A stretch of 64,000 bases of DNA from an uncultured Verrucomicrobiae bacterium (GTDB taxonomy: Bacteria > Verrucomicrobiota > Verrucomicrobiia > Chthoniobacterales > Chthoniobacteraceae). Positions 1 through 11,292 of the stretch are shown here, in pieces. Numbering within the stretch: position 1 is the first letter of the stretch; every line of letters starts with the position of its first letter. The stretch covers positions 96,001 to 160,000 of the forward strand of contig CAWHEP010000011.1 in NCBI GenBank assembly GCA_963828525.1, given 5' to 3'. Below the pieces are notes generated by a model. The model did no database searches. It had not been told where the DNA came from and saw only the letters and a list, made by a program, of their open reading frames with translations. The position numbers were made by a program, and so were the translations under genes.

Positions 1-1341
1 GAATTTCGGAGACGGAGGTGACGATCGGGCGGGACCCTGGCTGCGACATCGTTCTTGACGTGGATTCCCCGGCCTCCCGCCGCCACGCCACTGTATATAA
101 GGCGGACGGACGATGGCGTATCAAGGATCTTGGCAGCGTCAATGGGACGTTGGTGAATCGTGTGCGGATAGCGGACAGTCCGCTGGCCGTCGGCGACAAG
201 GTTACGATCGCGACCCTCCAATTCGCTTATGAGGAAAAAGTGGAGGGCGCGGATAAGCCATCCGCCGTTATCCCGTCTTTTTGTACCGCCCTCCGCTCCG
301 GCAGTCGTGCTTCAGGAAGATCGAGAAGTCGCGGAAATCGTTCGCTCAATGAGCGAGAAGACGAAGCTCATCAAGCAGGAGATCGGCAAGGCGATCATTG
401 GCCAGGCGGAGATTATCGGACAACTGTTAACCGCCATCATCTCAAATGGGCATGTGCTTATGATCGGCATGCCTGGACTCGCCAAAACGATGCTCATCCG
501 GACGGTATCGGAAGTGCTCGATCTTGAGTTCAAACGGGTGCAGTTCACGCCTGATCTCATGCCCTCGGACATCACCGGCACAGACATCCTTGAGATAGAT
601 GAAGCCACCGGCAAAAAAGAATACCGTTTCATCCAGGGGCCGATCTTTACCAACATCTTGCTCGCCGATGAGATCAATCGGACACCCCCTAAGACACAAG
701 CTGCTTTGCTGGAGGCAATGCAGGAGCATAGGGTGACCGCGGCGGGACAGACGATGAAGCTTTCTCCGCCTTTCTTCGTCCTGGCGACGCAGAATCCGCT
801 CGAACAAGAGGGGACCTATCCCCTGCCTGAGGCTCAGTTGGATCGGTTTATGTTCAGTATTTATGTCGATTACCCGTCCGAGGAGGACGAGGAGACAATC
901 GCCAAAGTGACGACTCGCCAGGAGAAGATCGACCTGCGAAAGGTGCTGACGGGCGCGGAGATTCTCGAGTTGCAACAGGTTGTGCGGACGCTGCCCATTT
1001 CCGATCATGTCGTGAAGTTTGCCACGCGGCTTGTTCGCTCCACGCGGCCGGCAGATCCGCGCGCGCCGGACTTCATCAAAAAGTGGATTCACTGCGGAGC
1101 CGGTGTGCGCGCGTCTCAATATTTGGTGGTCGCCGCGAAAGCGCGCGCTGTTACGGAAGGGCGCCTGGTGGTCACGTGTGACGATGTTCGCAACTCAGCC
1201 CGCCCCATATTGCGCCATCGCATGTTCACGAATTTCACTGCTGATTCGGAGGGCATGGATACCGATAAGATCGTCCAGAAGCTGATACAGGCCGTGCCGG
1301 AACCCGGCGAAAAGGATTACGCCGTCGAGAGCCGCTCGTGA
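1..1341 (+). CDS. FHA-domain/MoxR-family AAA+ ATPase fusion, 5'-truncated, with a +1 frameshift in the T5 run at 278-282
   Basis: The frame is open from base 3 (ISETEVTIGRDP..SRRHA..DLGSVNGT, FHA motifs). The MoxR frame has GMPGLAKT, RVQFTPDLMPSDITG, LLADEINR and EAQLDRF. Removing one T at 278-282 joins the two frames via a Pro-rich linker. Confidence 0.8.
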
Positions 1342-2324
1342 ACCCAGCGCCGGTTTCTTTCCCGGTTGTTGGCTCGCTTTCCGCGTTCTGGCCTTTCGTA
1401 GAACCGCTCCTAAGGATCATCGCTCCGCGCCGCGTTTGCGAAATCGGCGTCGATAACGGTTTTTTTTCAAGACAGTTGCTTGATTACTGCGCCAGAAAGG
1501 AGTGCGCGTACTTTGGAATCGATCCGGAGCCGAGTGACGCCGCGCGTCAATGCGTCGATGAATTTGGAAACGCGGGCTGTTTGTTGAAGGGATACTCCCT
1601 TGAGGTTCTGCCCGAGCTGGAATTGTGTGACATTTACTTCGTGGACGGAGACCACAATTACTACACGGTCCTTCACGAACTTCGCGCGATTTCCGCGCGC
1701 GCGGCTCAGGACGAGCGCCCGTTTCCCGTGGTGTTCCTGCACGATGCGGGATGGCCTTGGGCGAGACGCGACATGTATTATGCTCCCTCGCGCGTCCCGG
1801 AGCAGTTCCGTCAACCCTCTTCCGACAGCCTTGGAGTTGACTTGAACCAGGACGAGTTGATTGACGGCGGTCTGCGCGAAGTGGGGCGCTATTCGATTGC
1901 GCTCAAAGCGGGAGGCGCAAAAAACGGCGTCCTGACCGCGATCGAGGATTTCGTGGCAGAGTCCGCCACGGCCGGACGCGTGTGGGAGATGGCTGTCGTG
2001 CCCGCTGCCTTCGGGCTTGCCATCCTCTATCTCCCTGAATCTCTGCCGCAAGCTGCTCTTGGGGCCGTGCGTGACCTGCGATCGATGGATTCTCGCGCAG
2101 CGGGTTTTCTGCGAATTCTGGATGACAATTTCCTGAAGCTCTACCTGTCGTTTCTCAATACGAATCGCTCATTGCAAGGACTGGACAAGTGCTACAACGA
2201 GCTTGCCACCCAATACGATCTGCTGCGCGGACATTGCGCCAGCCTTGGGCGGGAATACGACTCTTTGCTGGATCACTGCCGAAAGCTTCAGGTCAGCTAC
2301 GACCATCTCGCGCAGAGCCGGTAG
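1338..2324 (+). CDS. Class I SAM-dependent methyltransferase (Methyltransf_24-like) with C-terminal coiled coil
   Basis: VCEIGVDNG motif I, FVDGDHNYYTV and VFLHD; heptad-like tail; GTGA overlap with the MoxR stop. Confidence 0.75.
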   Translation: MNPAPVSFPVVGSLSAFWPFVEPLLRIIAPRRVCEIGVDNGFFSRQLLDYCARKECAYFGIDPEPSDAARQCVDEFGNAGCLLKGYSLEVLPELELCDIYFVDGDHNYYTVLHELRAISARAAQDERPFPVVFLHDAGWPWARRDMYYAPSRVPEQFRQPSSDSLGVDLNQDELIDGGLREVGRYSIALKAGGAKNGVLTAIEDFVAESATAGRVWEMAVVPAAFGLAILYLPESLPQAALGAVRDLRSMDSRAAGFLRILDDNFLKLYLSFLNTNRSLQGLDKCYNELATQYDLLRGHCASLGREYDSLLDHCRKLQVSYDHLAQSR

Positions 2325-2432
2325 GCAGCGAATACATATTCTCTCAGGCTGCGCATTCTGATACTGATGTGTCGGGCGAGCAGTCTTGCCCCGTACAAAC
2401 ATGGAGAAGGGATCAACCTCAATGAACCTGGG

Positions 2433-4244
2433 ATGCAAGTGACGATGGAAACAAACGTTCCGACTCTGCATGGCGGCCTCCTTGCCTGGATCAGTGAGAT
2501 CACGGAACTTTGCCAGCCGGCCCACGTGCAATGGTGTGATGGCTCGCAGAAGGAGTACGACCTTCTTTGCGAGGCCATGGTGGCAACCGGCACTTTCACG
2601 AAGCTGAACCCGGAGAAGCGTCCGAACAGTTATCTCTGCCTTTCCGATCCCACTGATGTAGCGCGGGTGGAGGATCGCACCTACATCTGTTCCCGCCGGA
2701 AGCAGGACGCCGGGCCGACCAATAACTGGGCAGACCCGGTGGCGATGAAGCAAACCTTGCGTGAGTGCTTCAAGGGGTGCATGCGCGGCAGGACGATGTA
2801 TGTAGTGCCGTTTAGCATGGGCCCTCTAGGCTCGCCCATGTCTCACATAGGCATCGAGCTCACCGATTCCCCTTATGTCGCCGTCAGCATGCGGATTATG
2901 ACCCGCATGGGCAAACATGTCCTGGACGCCTTGGGAGCAGAATCTCCCTTCGTCCCGTGTCTGCACTCTGTCGGGAAGCCGATTCTTTCGGGCGAGAAAG
3001 ACGTTCCCTGGCCGTGCAATCGTGACGTAAAGTACATTGCTCATTTTCCGACTGAGCGCTCCATCTGGTCGTTTGGAAGCGGGTACGGCGGAAACGCGCT
3101 TCTGGGAAAGAAGTGTTTTGCTCTGCGCATCGCCTCTTGCATGGCGCGCGACGAGGGGTGGATGGCCGAGCACATGCTCATCGTGGGAGTCGAAGATCCC
3201 GCGGGCCAGAAAACCTACGTTGCTGGAGCTTTTCCCAGCTCTTGCGGGAAGACCAATCTCTCGATGCTCATACCCCCGCCCAGCTTGCCCGGCTGGAAGG
3301 TTACAACGGTGGGAGACGACATAGCCTGGATAAAGCCGGGCAAGGGCGGCCGCTTGCATGCCATAAACCCGGAAGCCGGCTATTTCGGAGTTGCTCCCGG
3401 CACCTCCGTGAAGTCGAACAACAACGCGATGGCATGCATCCGGAAGGACACGATTTTTACCAATGTGGCCCTCACTCCGGATGGAGACGTCTGGTGGGAA
3501 GGGATGACGGATGAACCTCCGCCTATGCTCACAAGCTGGCTTGGTGAAGCATGGACTCCAGATTGCGGGAAGCTGGCGGCTCATCCCAACGCGCGCTTCA
3601 CGGCTCCCATGACCAATAATCCCGCGTTGGACCCGGCGGTGGAAGACCCGGAGGGGGTACCGCTGCACGCCTTCATTTTTGGAGGACGCCGCGCAACCAC
3701 TTTGCCGCTGGTGTTCCAGGCATTCAATTGGGCGCATGGTGTCTTTATCGGCGCGACCATGGGGTCAGAAATGACCGCTGCTGCTGTGGGAGGAAAGGGA
3801 CAAGTCCGCCGGGACCCAATGGCCATGCTTCCTTTTTGCGGATACCACATGGCCGACTATTTCCGGCATTGGCTTGAAATGGCGGACTACATCAAATATC
3901 TGCCCCGGATCTTCCATGTGAACTGGTTCAGAAAGGGCGAGAATGGCAAGTTTCTATGGCCGGGCTTTGGGGAAAACATGCGGGTTCTTAAGTGGATTGT
4001 GGAACGCTGCCGCGGCCATGCCGACGCAAATGAGACCGCGCTGGGATGGGTTCCCGGGGCGCGCTCTTTCGATCTGACGGGCATGGCAGGCTACCCTGTC
4101 GAGAATCTCGAAAAGCTCCAGAACATCGATGCTCAGGAATGGCGGAGAGAGCTGATCTCGCAAGACGAATTGTTCATCAGCCTCTACTCAAATCTGCCTA
4201 AAGAACTAATTTTCCAGCGGGAATTGCTGATCGCCAGATTGTAA
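2433..4244 (+). CDS. pckG: Phosphoenolpyruvate carboxykinase (GTP)
   Basis: [43 protein letters not shown] and VNWFRK motifs. The start could be 2433 or 2445. Confidence 0.96.
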   Translation: MQVTMETNVPTLHGGLLAWISEITELCQPAHVQWCDGSQKEYDLLCEAMVATGTFTKLNPEKRPNSYLCLSDPTDVARVEDRTYICSRRKQDAGPTNNWADPVAMKQTLRECFKGCMRGRTMYVVPFSMGPLGSPMSHIGIELTDSPYVAVSMRIMTRMGKHVLDALGAESPFVPCLHSVGKPILSGEKDVPWPCNRDVKYIAHFPTERSIWSFGSGYGGNALLGKKCFALRIASCMARDEGWMAEHMLIVGVEDPAGQKTYVAGAFPSSCGKTNLSMLIPPPSLPGWKVTTVGDDIAWIKPGKGGRLHAINPEAGYFGVAPGTSVKSNNNAMACIRKDTIFTNVALTPDGDVWWEGMTDEPPPMLTSWLGEAWTPDCGKLAAHPNARFTAPMTNNPALDPAVEDPEGVPLHAFIFGGRRATTLPLVFQAFNWAHGVFIGATMGSEMTAAAVGGKGQVRRDPMAMLPFCGYHMADYFRHWLEMADYIKYLPRIFHVNWFRKGENGKFLWPGFGENMRVLKWIVERCRGHADANETALGWVPGARSFDLTGMAGYPVENLEKLQNIDAQEWRRELISQDELFISLYSNLPKELIFQRELLIARL

Positions 4245-4245
4245 A

Positions 4246-6178
4246 GTGCGCGTTCTCGATTGCCCCCAGTGCGGAGCGCCGGTTAATTTCCGGGCTTCCA
4301 CCACCGTGTTCGTCGTGTGCGAGCACTGCCGATCCATGGTGGTGCTCCGAGGCGAGAACACTGAGTCCCCCGGTGAGATGGCGGCTTTGCCCCCTGACCT
4401 CACGCCGTTCAAAGTGGGCGCGAAGGGAGAGTGGAAGGGGAAGGCATTCGAGATTGTCGGGCGTGTCCGTGTCGGGTGGGAGCAGGGAAGCTGGAATGAG
4501 TGGTGCATCTCCATGCAAGGAGGCGAGCTTGGCTGGCTGGCGGAAGCCCAGGGCCTCCTTATGGTCAGCTTCGAGGCGGTTCCGCCGGAGCAGATTCCGG
4601 CTGATCCCAGCGACTATGCCGAGGAAGCCAAGCTGGATTTGATGCGCAAGCGCTGGTCGGTGGACGGCGTGAAGCGCTGTGTCTGCCTCGCGGCAGAGGG
4701 CGAGCTTCCGTTCACCGCCGTGCCCGGATCGCCGCGGGTGAGCGTTGATCTTTCCCGCAAATCGGGAGAATTCGCGAGCATTGAACTCTCCGAGACTGCC
4801 CCAGAATTCTATTCAGGTGAGTTCTCAAAGTTCAACGATCTGCGACTCCGTGAGCTGCGTCCGGTGCCCGGTTGGGATGCTGAGGTAGCCGAGGAGAAGA
4901 ACCAGACATCCTCGCTCACGTGTCCTTCCTGCGGATCGGCGGTCGAATTGAGAGCTGCAGGCCAGTCTATGTCGGCGGTGTGTGGTTCCTGTGGTTCTGT
5001 CATCGATACGGCCACGCCGGAATTTGCCATCATTGAGAAAGCCGAGCAGGTCGCCCGCCGGGTTCGCCCGCTCATCCCTCTGGGAGCACGAGGAAAGCTG
5101 AGCGGAGTAGAGTATGAAGTCATCGGGTACATGGATCGCAGCGACGAAAGTTCGCAATGGGGCGAATACCTTCTCTTCAACCCGTGGCAAGGTTTTACCT
5201 GGCTCGTTTACTATGGCGGACACTGGAATTTCGTTACGCGCCTGAACCACGTGGATGACCGTGGCAGCACGAATCTCTCCTATGAGGGTATCGACTATAA
5301 GCTATTTTCGTCTGGCAAGGCGCGCGTCGTCGATGTCATCGGGGAGTTCTACTGGAAAGTGAAACGGGGCGAGCTGGCGAATACATACGACTACGTTTCG
5401 CCACCCTATATGCTCTCGAAGGAAGTGTACCCGGAGCTCGCAGAAGTGACCTGGTCGCTGGGGAAGTATATTCCCGGGGCAGAGATTCAGAGTGCCTTTG
5501 GCCTAAAGGATCTTCCGCCACCGGAAGGCATCTACCCCGACCAGCCAAGCCCTGGCCGTGTCACAGGGTCTTCCGTTTGGAGACTCGTTCTTTGGGCGGT
5601 CCTCGCGCTATTTTGTGTCGAATATGGCTGCTCGGTGATGAATCCAGAGAAGGTGATAAACTCAAGCGGCTTTGTCTTTCGGCGGCGAGCTGTGGCGCCT
5701 CGACAGGTTGCCGGAACGCCTGCGGAGCCTGTTGAGATACTCTCAACCTCGCGCTTTCAGGTGAGTGGAGGCGGCAGACTGGTGGTGAAGGCCGAGGCGG
5801 GCGTGGATAATAGCTGGCTGGATCTAGACCTGAATTTGGTGAATGCGGTAACCAACGCCACCACAAGCGCGGAGCTGGAGGTCAGCTACTACTACGGCAA
5901 TGATTCGGGTTACTGGAGTGAAGGCTCCAAAACAGCTTCTGTGTCGTTCCCGAACGTCACTCCCGGTGAATATTTCCTCACGATTGATCCGGCTGCCGAC
6001 GCGAAAATTGAAACCCTTCCTTTTACTCTCGTGGTGCAACAGGGAGGACTGTTCCTGTCGAACTTCTTCATAAGCCTCGGGATGATCCTGCTATACCCGG
6101 GCTTTCTCCTTCATGCGAGCCACGCGCTTTGAGCAGGCTCGATGGGCGGAGAGTGACACGGTCTACCCTGCTTCGTGA
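4246..6178 (+). CDS. DUF4178-domain protein with two zinc ribbons and C-terminal TM segments; frameshift near 6108
   Basis: CPQCGAP..CEHC and CPSCG..CGSCG ribbons, WxEY/WL repeats. The alternative frame gives the family-like end FEQARWAESD with a stop at 6176-6178. Confidence 0.8.
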
Positions 6179-6330
6179 TGATGAGATTGCCATTTTATCT
6201 CATCGTATGCATCGCGTCGGTGTCCTACCTGGTGCTTGCAAACACCCACGGGTGGGATCCCGTGGCTTTTTCTCAACGCGCGTCGCAGGGCGGGAGCGGC
6301 GGATTTTACGGCGGCGTGCATCATAAATGA
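6178..6330 (+). CDS. 50-aa small membrane protein with a Gly-rich tail ending HHK (not in the ORF track)
   Basis: MMRLPFYLIVCIASVSYLVLANTHGWDPVAFSQRASQGGSGGFYGGVHHK. The ATG overlaps the corrected DUF4178 stop (TGATG). Confidence 0.7.
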   Translation: MMRLPFYLIVCIASVSYLVLANTHGWDPVAFSQRASQGGSGGFYGGVHHK

Positions 6331-6449
6331 ATAGCTCCGCCTGTATGATCCAGCCGCCCGCGTCGTGACCATTCCGGCTCCGGCGCCGGGCGGGTCTCCC
6401 CGCCGGCACCCCCCGCGCGCGGTCGCGGGACGCTTCGTTCCGCGTTCTG

Positions 6450-7938
6450 TTGCTCGCGTCTGTTTTCACGATCGCCACATGCGGGCTCGTTTACGAACTC
6501 GTTGCGGGCACAATAGCGAGCTACCTGCTGGGAGATTCGGTCACCCAGTTTTCCACCGTGATAGGCGTTTACCTTTTCGCGATGGGGATAGGATCGTGGC
6601 TTTCGCGCTACGTGGAGGGCAATCTCTTGAGGACTTTCATACAGGTGGAGTTCCTCATCGCGCTTTTCGGCGGGTCGTCCGCCGCGATGTTTTTCGCTCT
6701 GTTCCCTTACATCAGCTCCTTTCGCGCGCTGCTTTATGGCGATGTGCTGCTGATAGGAACCCTGGTCGGCCTTGAGGTTCCGTTGCTTCTGCGGATTCTC
6801 AAAGATCGGCTGAACTTCAAGGATCTGATTTCCAGGGTTTTTACTTTCGACTATATAGGCGCGCTCATCGCATCGCTGTTGTTCCCCCTGGTGTTGGTGC
6901 CTTATTGCGGCATCGCGCGATCCGGTTTCCTGTTCGGCATTTTGAACGCGGTCGTGGGACTCGTCGCCCTCTGGGTGCTTTGGGATGAAGTATCGAGGCC
7001 GGGCGCATTGCGTGTCGCGGGCATCGCGACGCTCGTGTTGCTGGGGATCGGGTTCGTTTACTCTGAACGGATGGTGACTTTTTCGGAGTCGGCCGCCTAT
7101 GGCGAGGATATCGTTTTTTCGAAGTCCACCCCTTATCAGCGCATCACACTCACGCGGAGGGCTGATGACATACGGTTGTACCTGAACGGCAATCTGCAAT
7201 TCAGCTCCCGGGATGAGTACCGCTACCACGAAGTGCTGGTGCATCCCGGTCTTGCCCTCTTTCCGCGCGCCCGGAGGGTGCTGGTGCTGGGCGGTGGCGA
7301 TGGTCTCGCGGTTCGCGAGATACTGCGCTACCCCAGGATAGAGAGCATCACGCTGGTGGATCTCAGATCCCGCCATGACTCGACTCTTTTCAACCCAGGA
7401 GATTTTAGCTTCTTTGAACGGCGGGTCGTTCAAATCACCGCGTGTCCATGTCATCAATGCCGATGCCTTTTCGTGGCTGCAGGAAAATCGGGAGACGTTC
7501 GACTTCATCATAGCGGACTTCCCGGACCCCTCGAATTTCTCGGTTGGCAAGTTATTCTCCACCGCCTTTTACCGTCGCGCCCGGACTGCCATGGCGGAGG
7601 AGGGAGCAATGGTTATTCAATGCACATCGCCGTTTGTTGCCAGAAAGGCATTCTGGTGCGTGGACGCCACCCTGCGTGCATGCGGCTTCGTTACGCGTCC
7701 CTACCACGCGTATGTCCCTTCTTTCGGGGAATGGGGATTCATCCTCGCCTCCGCGCGACCGCTTCCGGAAGAGTGGTCTCTCCCGGATGGGCTGCGTTTC
7801 CTTAACAATGCGAATATATCCGCTTTGTCGGAGTTCCCTCCCGACATGGATCGTGTGCCTGTGGACACCAACCGGCTGAACAATCAGGCGCTCGTCCGCT
7901 ATTTCGAGGAAGAGTGGGGTCGGTATTCGCGTCAATGA
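6450..7938 (+). CDS. speE: Polyamine aminopropyltransferase (spermidine synthase) with N-terminal membrane domain; frameshift near 7365; start uncertain
   Basis: CGLVYEL TM domain, LYLNGNLQFSSRDEYRYHE, VLVLGGGDGLA; continues in the next frame as DPAMT..DFIIADFPDP..SFGEWGF. Confidence 0.9.
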
Positions 7939-9525
7939 GAGCCACGCGGAGGCAGTTTATCGCGACAGCGGCGGCGGGGGCAGGCGCGCTGCTCGCGGGA
8001 TGCCGAGGACACCGGCGAATTCCCGGGCAGATCGTCGGAGCTTCAGTAGCCGCTGGCCATCGTCTGCGAGACGGAACATTCCCGCCACCGTCCAGGACGA
8101 TCGAAACAGGATTTGTCGTAGCGGGCGCGGGCATCGCCGGTCTCTCGGCGGCGCGCAGGCTGGATCAAAGGGGCGCGCGCGATCTTCTGTTGCTCGACCT
8201 GGAGAACGCGCCCGGCGGAAACGCCGCGTCTGGGATCAACTCAGTATCCGCCTACCCGTGGGGAGCGCATTACGTGCCTCTTGTGAATGACGAGACTACC
8301 GAGGTTATGCGACTCTTTGAGGAGTTGGGAATCATAGAAGGCCGGGATTCCGCGGGGTTGCCTATTTACAACGAAGAGTTCCTTTGCAGCGACCCAATGG
8401 AGAGACTTTTCGACTGCGGCTGCTGGCAGGAAGGTCTCCTGCCGCAAATCGGAATAGCCGATTCCGACCGTCTGCAATACGCGTCCTTTTTCAAGCGCAT
8501 GGACGGGTATCGCGATGCCCGCGATTCAGCCGGTCGGCCCGCGTTCGCCATCCCTGTCGACCTGAGTTCCCGTGATCCGGAGTTTGTGGCCCTGGATCAA
8601 CTATCCATGGCGCAATGGATGGCGCGTGAAGGTTGGGACTCGAAGCCGCTGCTGTGGCATGTCAATTACTGTTGCCGCGATGACTACGGGGCTGGCATGG
8701 CGCGTATTTCCGCATGGGCAGGAGTGCATTATTTCGCGTCCAGAAGAGGGAGAGCCGCAAACGCGGATAGGGACGCGGTGGTTACCTGGCCGGAGGGGAA
8801 CGGATGGCTTGTCCGTCAAATATCGGCGCCATTGGCATCGCGAACACGTATCGGATGTATCGTATGGAACATGCAGAAGCTCGGGGGCGGCGTTGCCATT
8901 GATTATTTCGATATGACTGAGGAGCGCACGACGCGGGTACTGGCGAAAGGGGCCGTCTGCGCCATGCCGAGATTCGTCGCCTCTCGCGTTGCGCGCGGCG
9001 TGGCGGCTGCGCCTGGCTTGCAATACTCGCCATGGATGGTAGCGAACGTCACTGTGAAGTCAGCGCCAGCGGGACTGGGAGCGCCGCTCGCGTGGGACAA
9101 TGTATCAACGGGAAGTGATTCACTGGGATACGTCGTTGCCACCCATCAGCAAATTCGTCGGTTCACCCCTCCTGAGACCGTGCTCACGCATTATTGGCCG
9201 CTGGATGGCATGGAGCCAGCCGAAGAGCGGATGCTGGCGCTGGCTCGCAACCACGCGGCCTGGCGCGACATGATTATTGCCGATCTCGCGAGGTACTCAT
9301 CCTGGGATTGAGAGCGAAATTGCAAATGTCGATGTGTGGGTCTGGGGACACGGCATGATCCGGCCTGTCCCCGGATTCATCTGGGGATCTGTACGAGCGC
9401 AAATGCTAAATCAACAAGGCCGCATTGCGTTCGCCCACTCCGATATGAGCGGAATTTCCATTTTCGAAGAGGCGTTTACGCGCGGGCTCCAGGCGGCGGA
9501 TTCCATCCTTGCCGCTGTATCGTGA
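7935..9525 (+). CDS. Tat-exported FAD-dependent oxidoreductase (amine-oxidase/NAD_binding_8-like); frameshift near 9293
   Basis: TRRQFI Tat motif followed by LAGC, GAGIAGL, PWGAHY and CCRDDYG. The C-terminus WGHGMIRP..AHSDMSGISIFEEAF is in ORF 9277-9525. Confidence 0.85.
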
Positions 9526-9543
9526 AAGGGCTGTGATTCGAGA

Positions 9544-9915
9544 ATGATGCCGCTTGCGCGACACACCCTGCTGGAACTCCACGGCTGCGATACGGCAGTC
9601 CTAAACGCGCCCGAAGAGTTGAAGAGGCTTCTTCTTGAAGCGGCGCGAAAGGGAAACGGGACCGTTGTCACGGAGGTCTTCCATACATTCAGCCCGCATG
9701 GCGTGAGCGGAGTGGTGGTGATCGCCGAATCACACCTGGCGGTTCACACATGGCCCGAGCATGGCTACGCGGCGGTGGATATCTTCTCCTGCGGGGTCAA
9801 ACTTGACCACGAAGTGATCCGCGACGTTCTTCGCGCCGGGCTAAAGGTTACGAGTTTTGAAAGCCGGGAATTTGCGAGGGGACGTGTTGCGGAGGCTCTG
9901 AATCAAGCTCCATGA
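9544..9915 (+). CDS. speD: S-adenosylmethionine decarboxylase proenzyme
   Basis: FSPHGVSGVVVIAESHLAVHTWPE; ES self-cleavage site; DIFSCG. Confidence 0.95.
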   Translation: MMPLARHTLLELHGCDTAVLNAPEELKRLLLEAARKGNGTVVTEVFHTFSPHGVSGVVVIAESHLAVHTWPEHGYAAVDIFSCGVKLDHEVIRDVLRAGLKVTSFESREFARGRVAEALNQAP

Positions 9916-11177
9916 GAGAGCTTTGGGGTCAATAAACGCAAAAGCATCAGAACCAGGAACAGGCTGGCGGGCAATAGGACGGGAAACCAGACGAACCAGT
10001 TGGCGAATACTGTCATGCTGATGAGCAGGTAGAAAATGAAAGCCAGGAGGGACGAGAGGATGATTCTCTCCAAACTCCACCGCATGACGAAGTAGCCCGC
10101 CACTGTCATGAGGAGGATGAGGGCTACATCGAAAACAGGAGAGACCCTGTGGATGAACGCCTTGTTCAAGATGGTGGCGATACCGTCCGCGAAAAGTTCT
10201 CCGGACGAGCCATCCCTGCGTGAGGGAAAGCGCAATGTCTGGGAGGCCTTATCTGTCCGCGCGAGAAGGACGATCTTGCCCTTGAGAGCGGCGGCTGGAA
10301 CGACCGGGGGCCGCCCGTTCCTAACCTGTTCGACGGCGAGGAGCAGATCGTCAAACCCAAACCGGGTGAGGGGAGCGCCAAAATCGACGCGCATCGCGCC
10401 CGTCGCGTCGATTGGGATCGTGAGCCGGTTGCCGAGCGAGATGGTTGAACCCAGATCCACCGTCACATCGTCGGTCGTAAGGCCCAGATAGAGCATCACG
10501 GCTTGCAACGCGAAAGAGGGAACTACTTCACCTTGGTAGCTGAATACGAGGGGCATCGTCCGCGTCACCCCGGGGCGGGCCGGCAGATTCACGAACCCGA
10601 GGGCCAGCATGGGCGCGGACCGATACTCCTCCTTTGGTTGATCCTCAATCGCGGTGTAGTGAGTGACGCGGCTGACATCCCCGCGCACCCCGCGGAAGAA
10701 AGGCGCTGGCTGCAGCGGAGGCACCACGTCGGGATCGAGGGGGAACCCGAGTTGAGAACCGAGCACTATGCTTTTGGCGCGCAGAATGTATTCGTCCAGC
10801 GAACGCTCGTATTGCGCCTGGCGCGATTGCCCCTTTGATTTTGATTGATTGTCCCAGTTCAGAACCGGCTCAATCGCGATTACTTTTGGTTCGAACTCTG
10901 TGACGGCTTGGAGGAATAGAGCAAAATCCAGTGGAGACCACGGCCACGCGTGCTTGTCTTCCAGGCTGCTGTCATTTACCTCCGTGAGGATGCAGGGTGG
11001 CGAGGGGAGATTGCGCGCGGTATTCGCCGCGAGCCAATCCACGAATACCTTGTCCACTTCATCCGTGGGCGCGAGGCGCGACTCACGCATCACGAAAAAC
11101 CCGGTGATCAGCACGAGAACCATGAGCTGAGCCGGAATCCTTCGCATTCGCGCGAAGGTAAAAACAATTCGACTCAA
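9903..11177 (-). CDS. CHASE2-domain membrane protein with no cytoplasmic output domain
   Basis: N-terminal TM, WPWS, GFVN, VPSFALQA and LKGKIVLL motifs, three C-terminal TM helices. Confidence 0.75.
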   Translation of the reverse strand: MSRIVFTFARMRRIPAQLMVLVLITGFFVMRESRLAPTDEVDKVFVDWLAANTARNLPSPPCILTEVNDSSLEDKHAWPWSPLDFALFLQAVTEFEPKVIAIEPVLNWDNQSKSKGQSRQAQYERSLDEYILRAKSIVLGSQLGFPLDPDVVPPLQPAPFFRGVRGDVSRVTHYTAIEDQPKEEYRSAPMLALGFVNLPARPGVTRTMPLVFSYQGEVVPSFALQAVMLYLGLTTDDVTVDLGSTISLGNRLTIPIDATGAMRVDFGAPLTRFGFDDLLLAVEQVRNGRPPVVPAAALKGKIVLLARTDKASQTLRFPSRRDGSSGELFADGIATILNKAFIHRVSPVFDVALILLMTVAGYFVMRWSLERIILSSLLAFIFYLLISMTVFANWFVWFPVLLPASLFLVLMLLRLLTPKLSHGA

Positions 11178-11292
11178 CTCAAAGAAGAAAAGTCACTGCC
11201 TGTCCCCGAACGCCCAGGGCGGAGCGCCCCGGACAAAATCACTTTCCTCGGAAAAGGCTTAACTTATGCCGTTTTATCCCTTACATGCCTGA

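Noticed and set aside
6321..7562. Long antisense ORFs (e.g. 6321-7562, 11470-12564, 42285-43322, 52630-53841)
   Set aside because: These are shadows of well-supported genes on the opposite strand in GC-rich DNA and carry no motifs.
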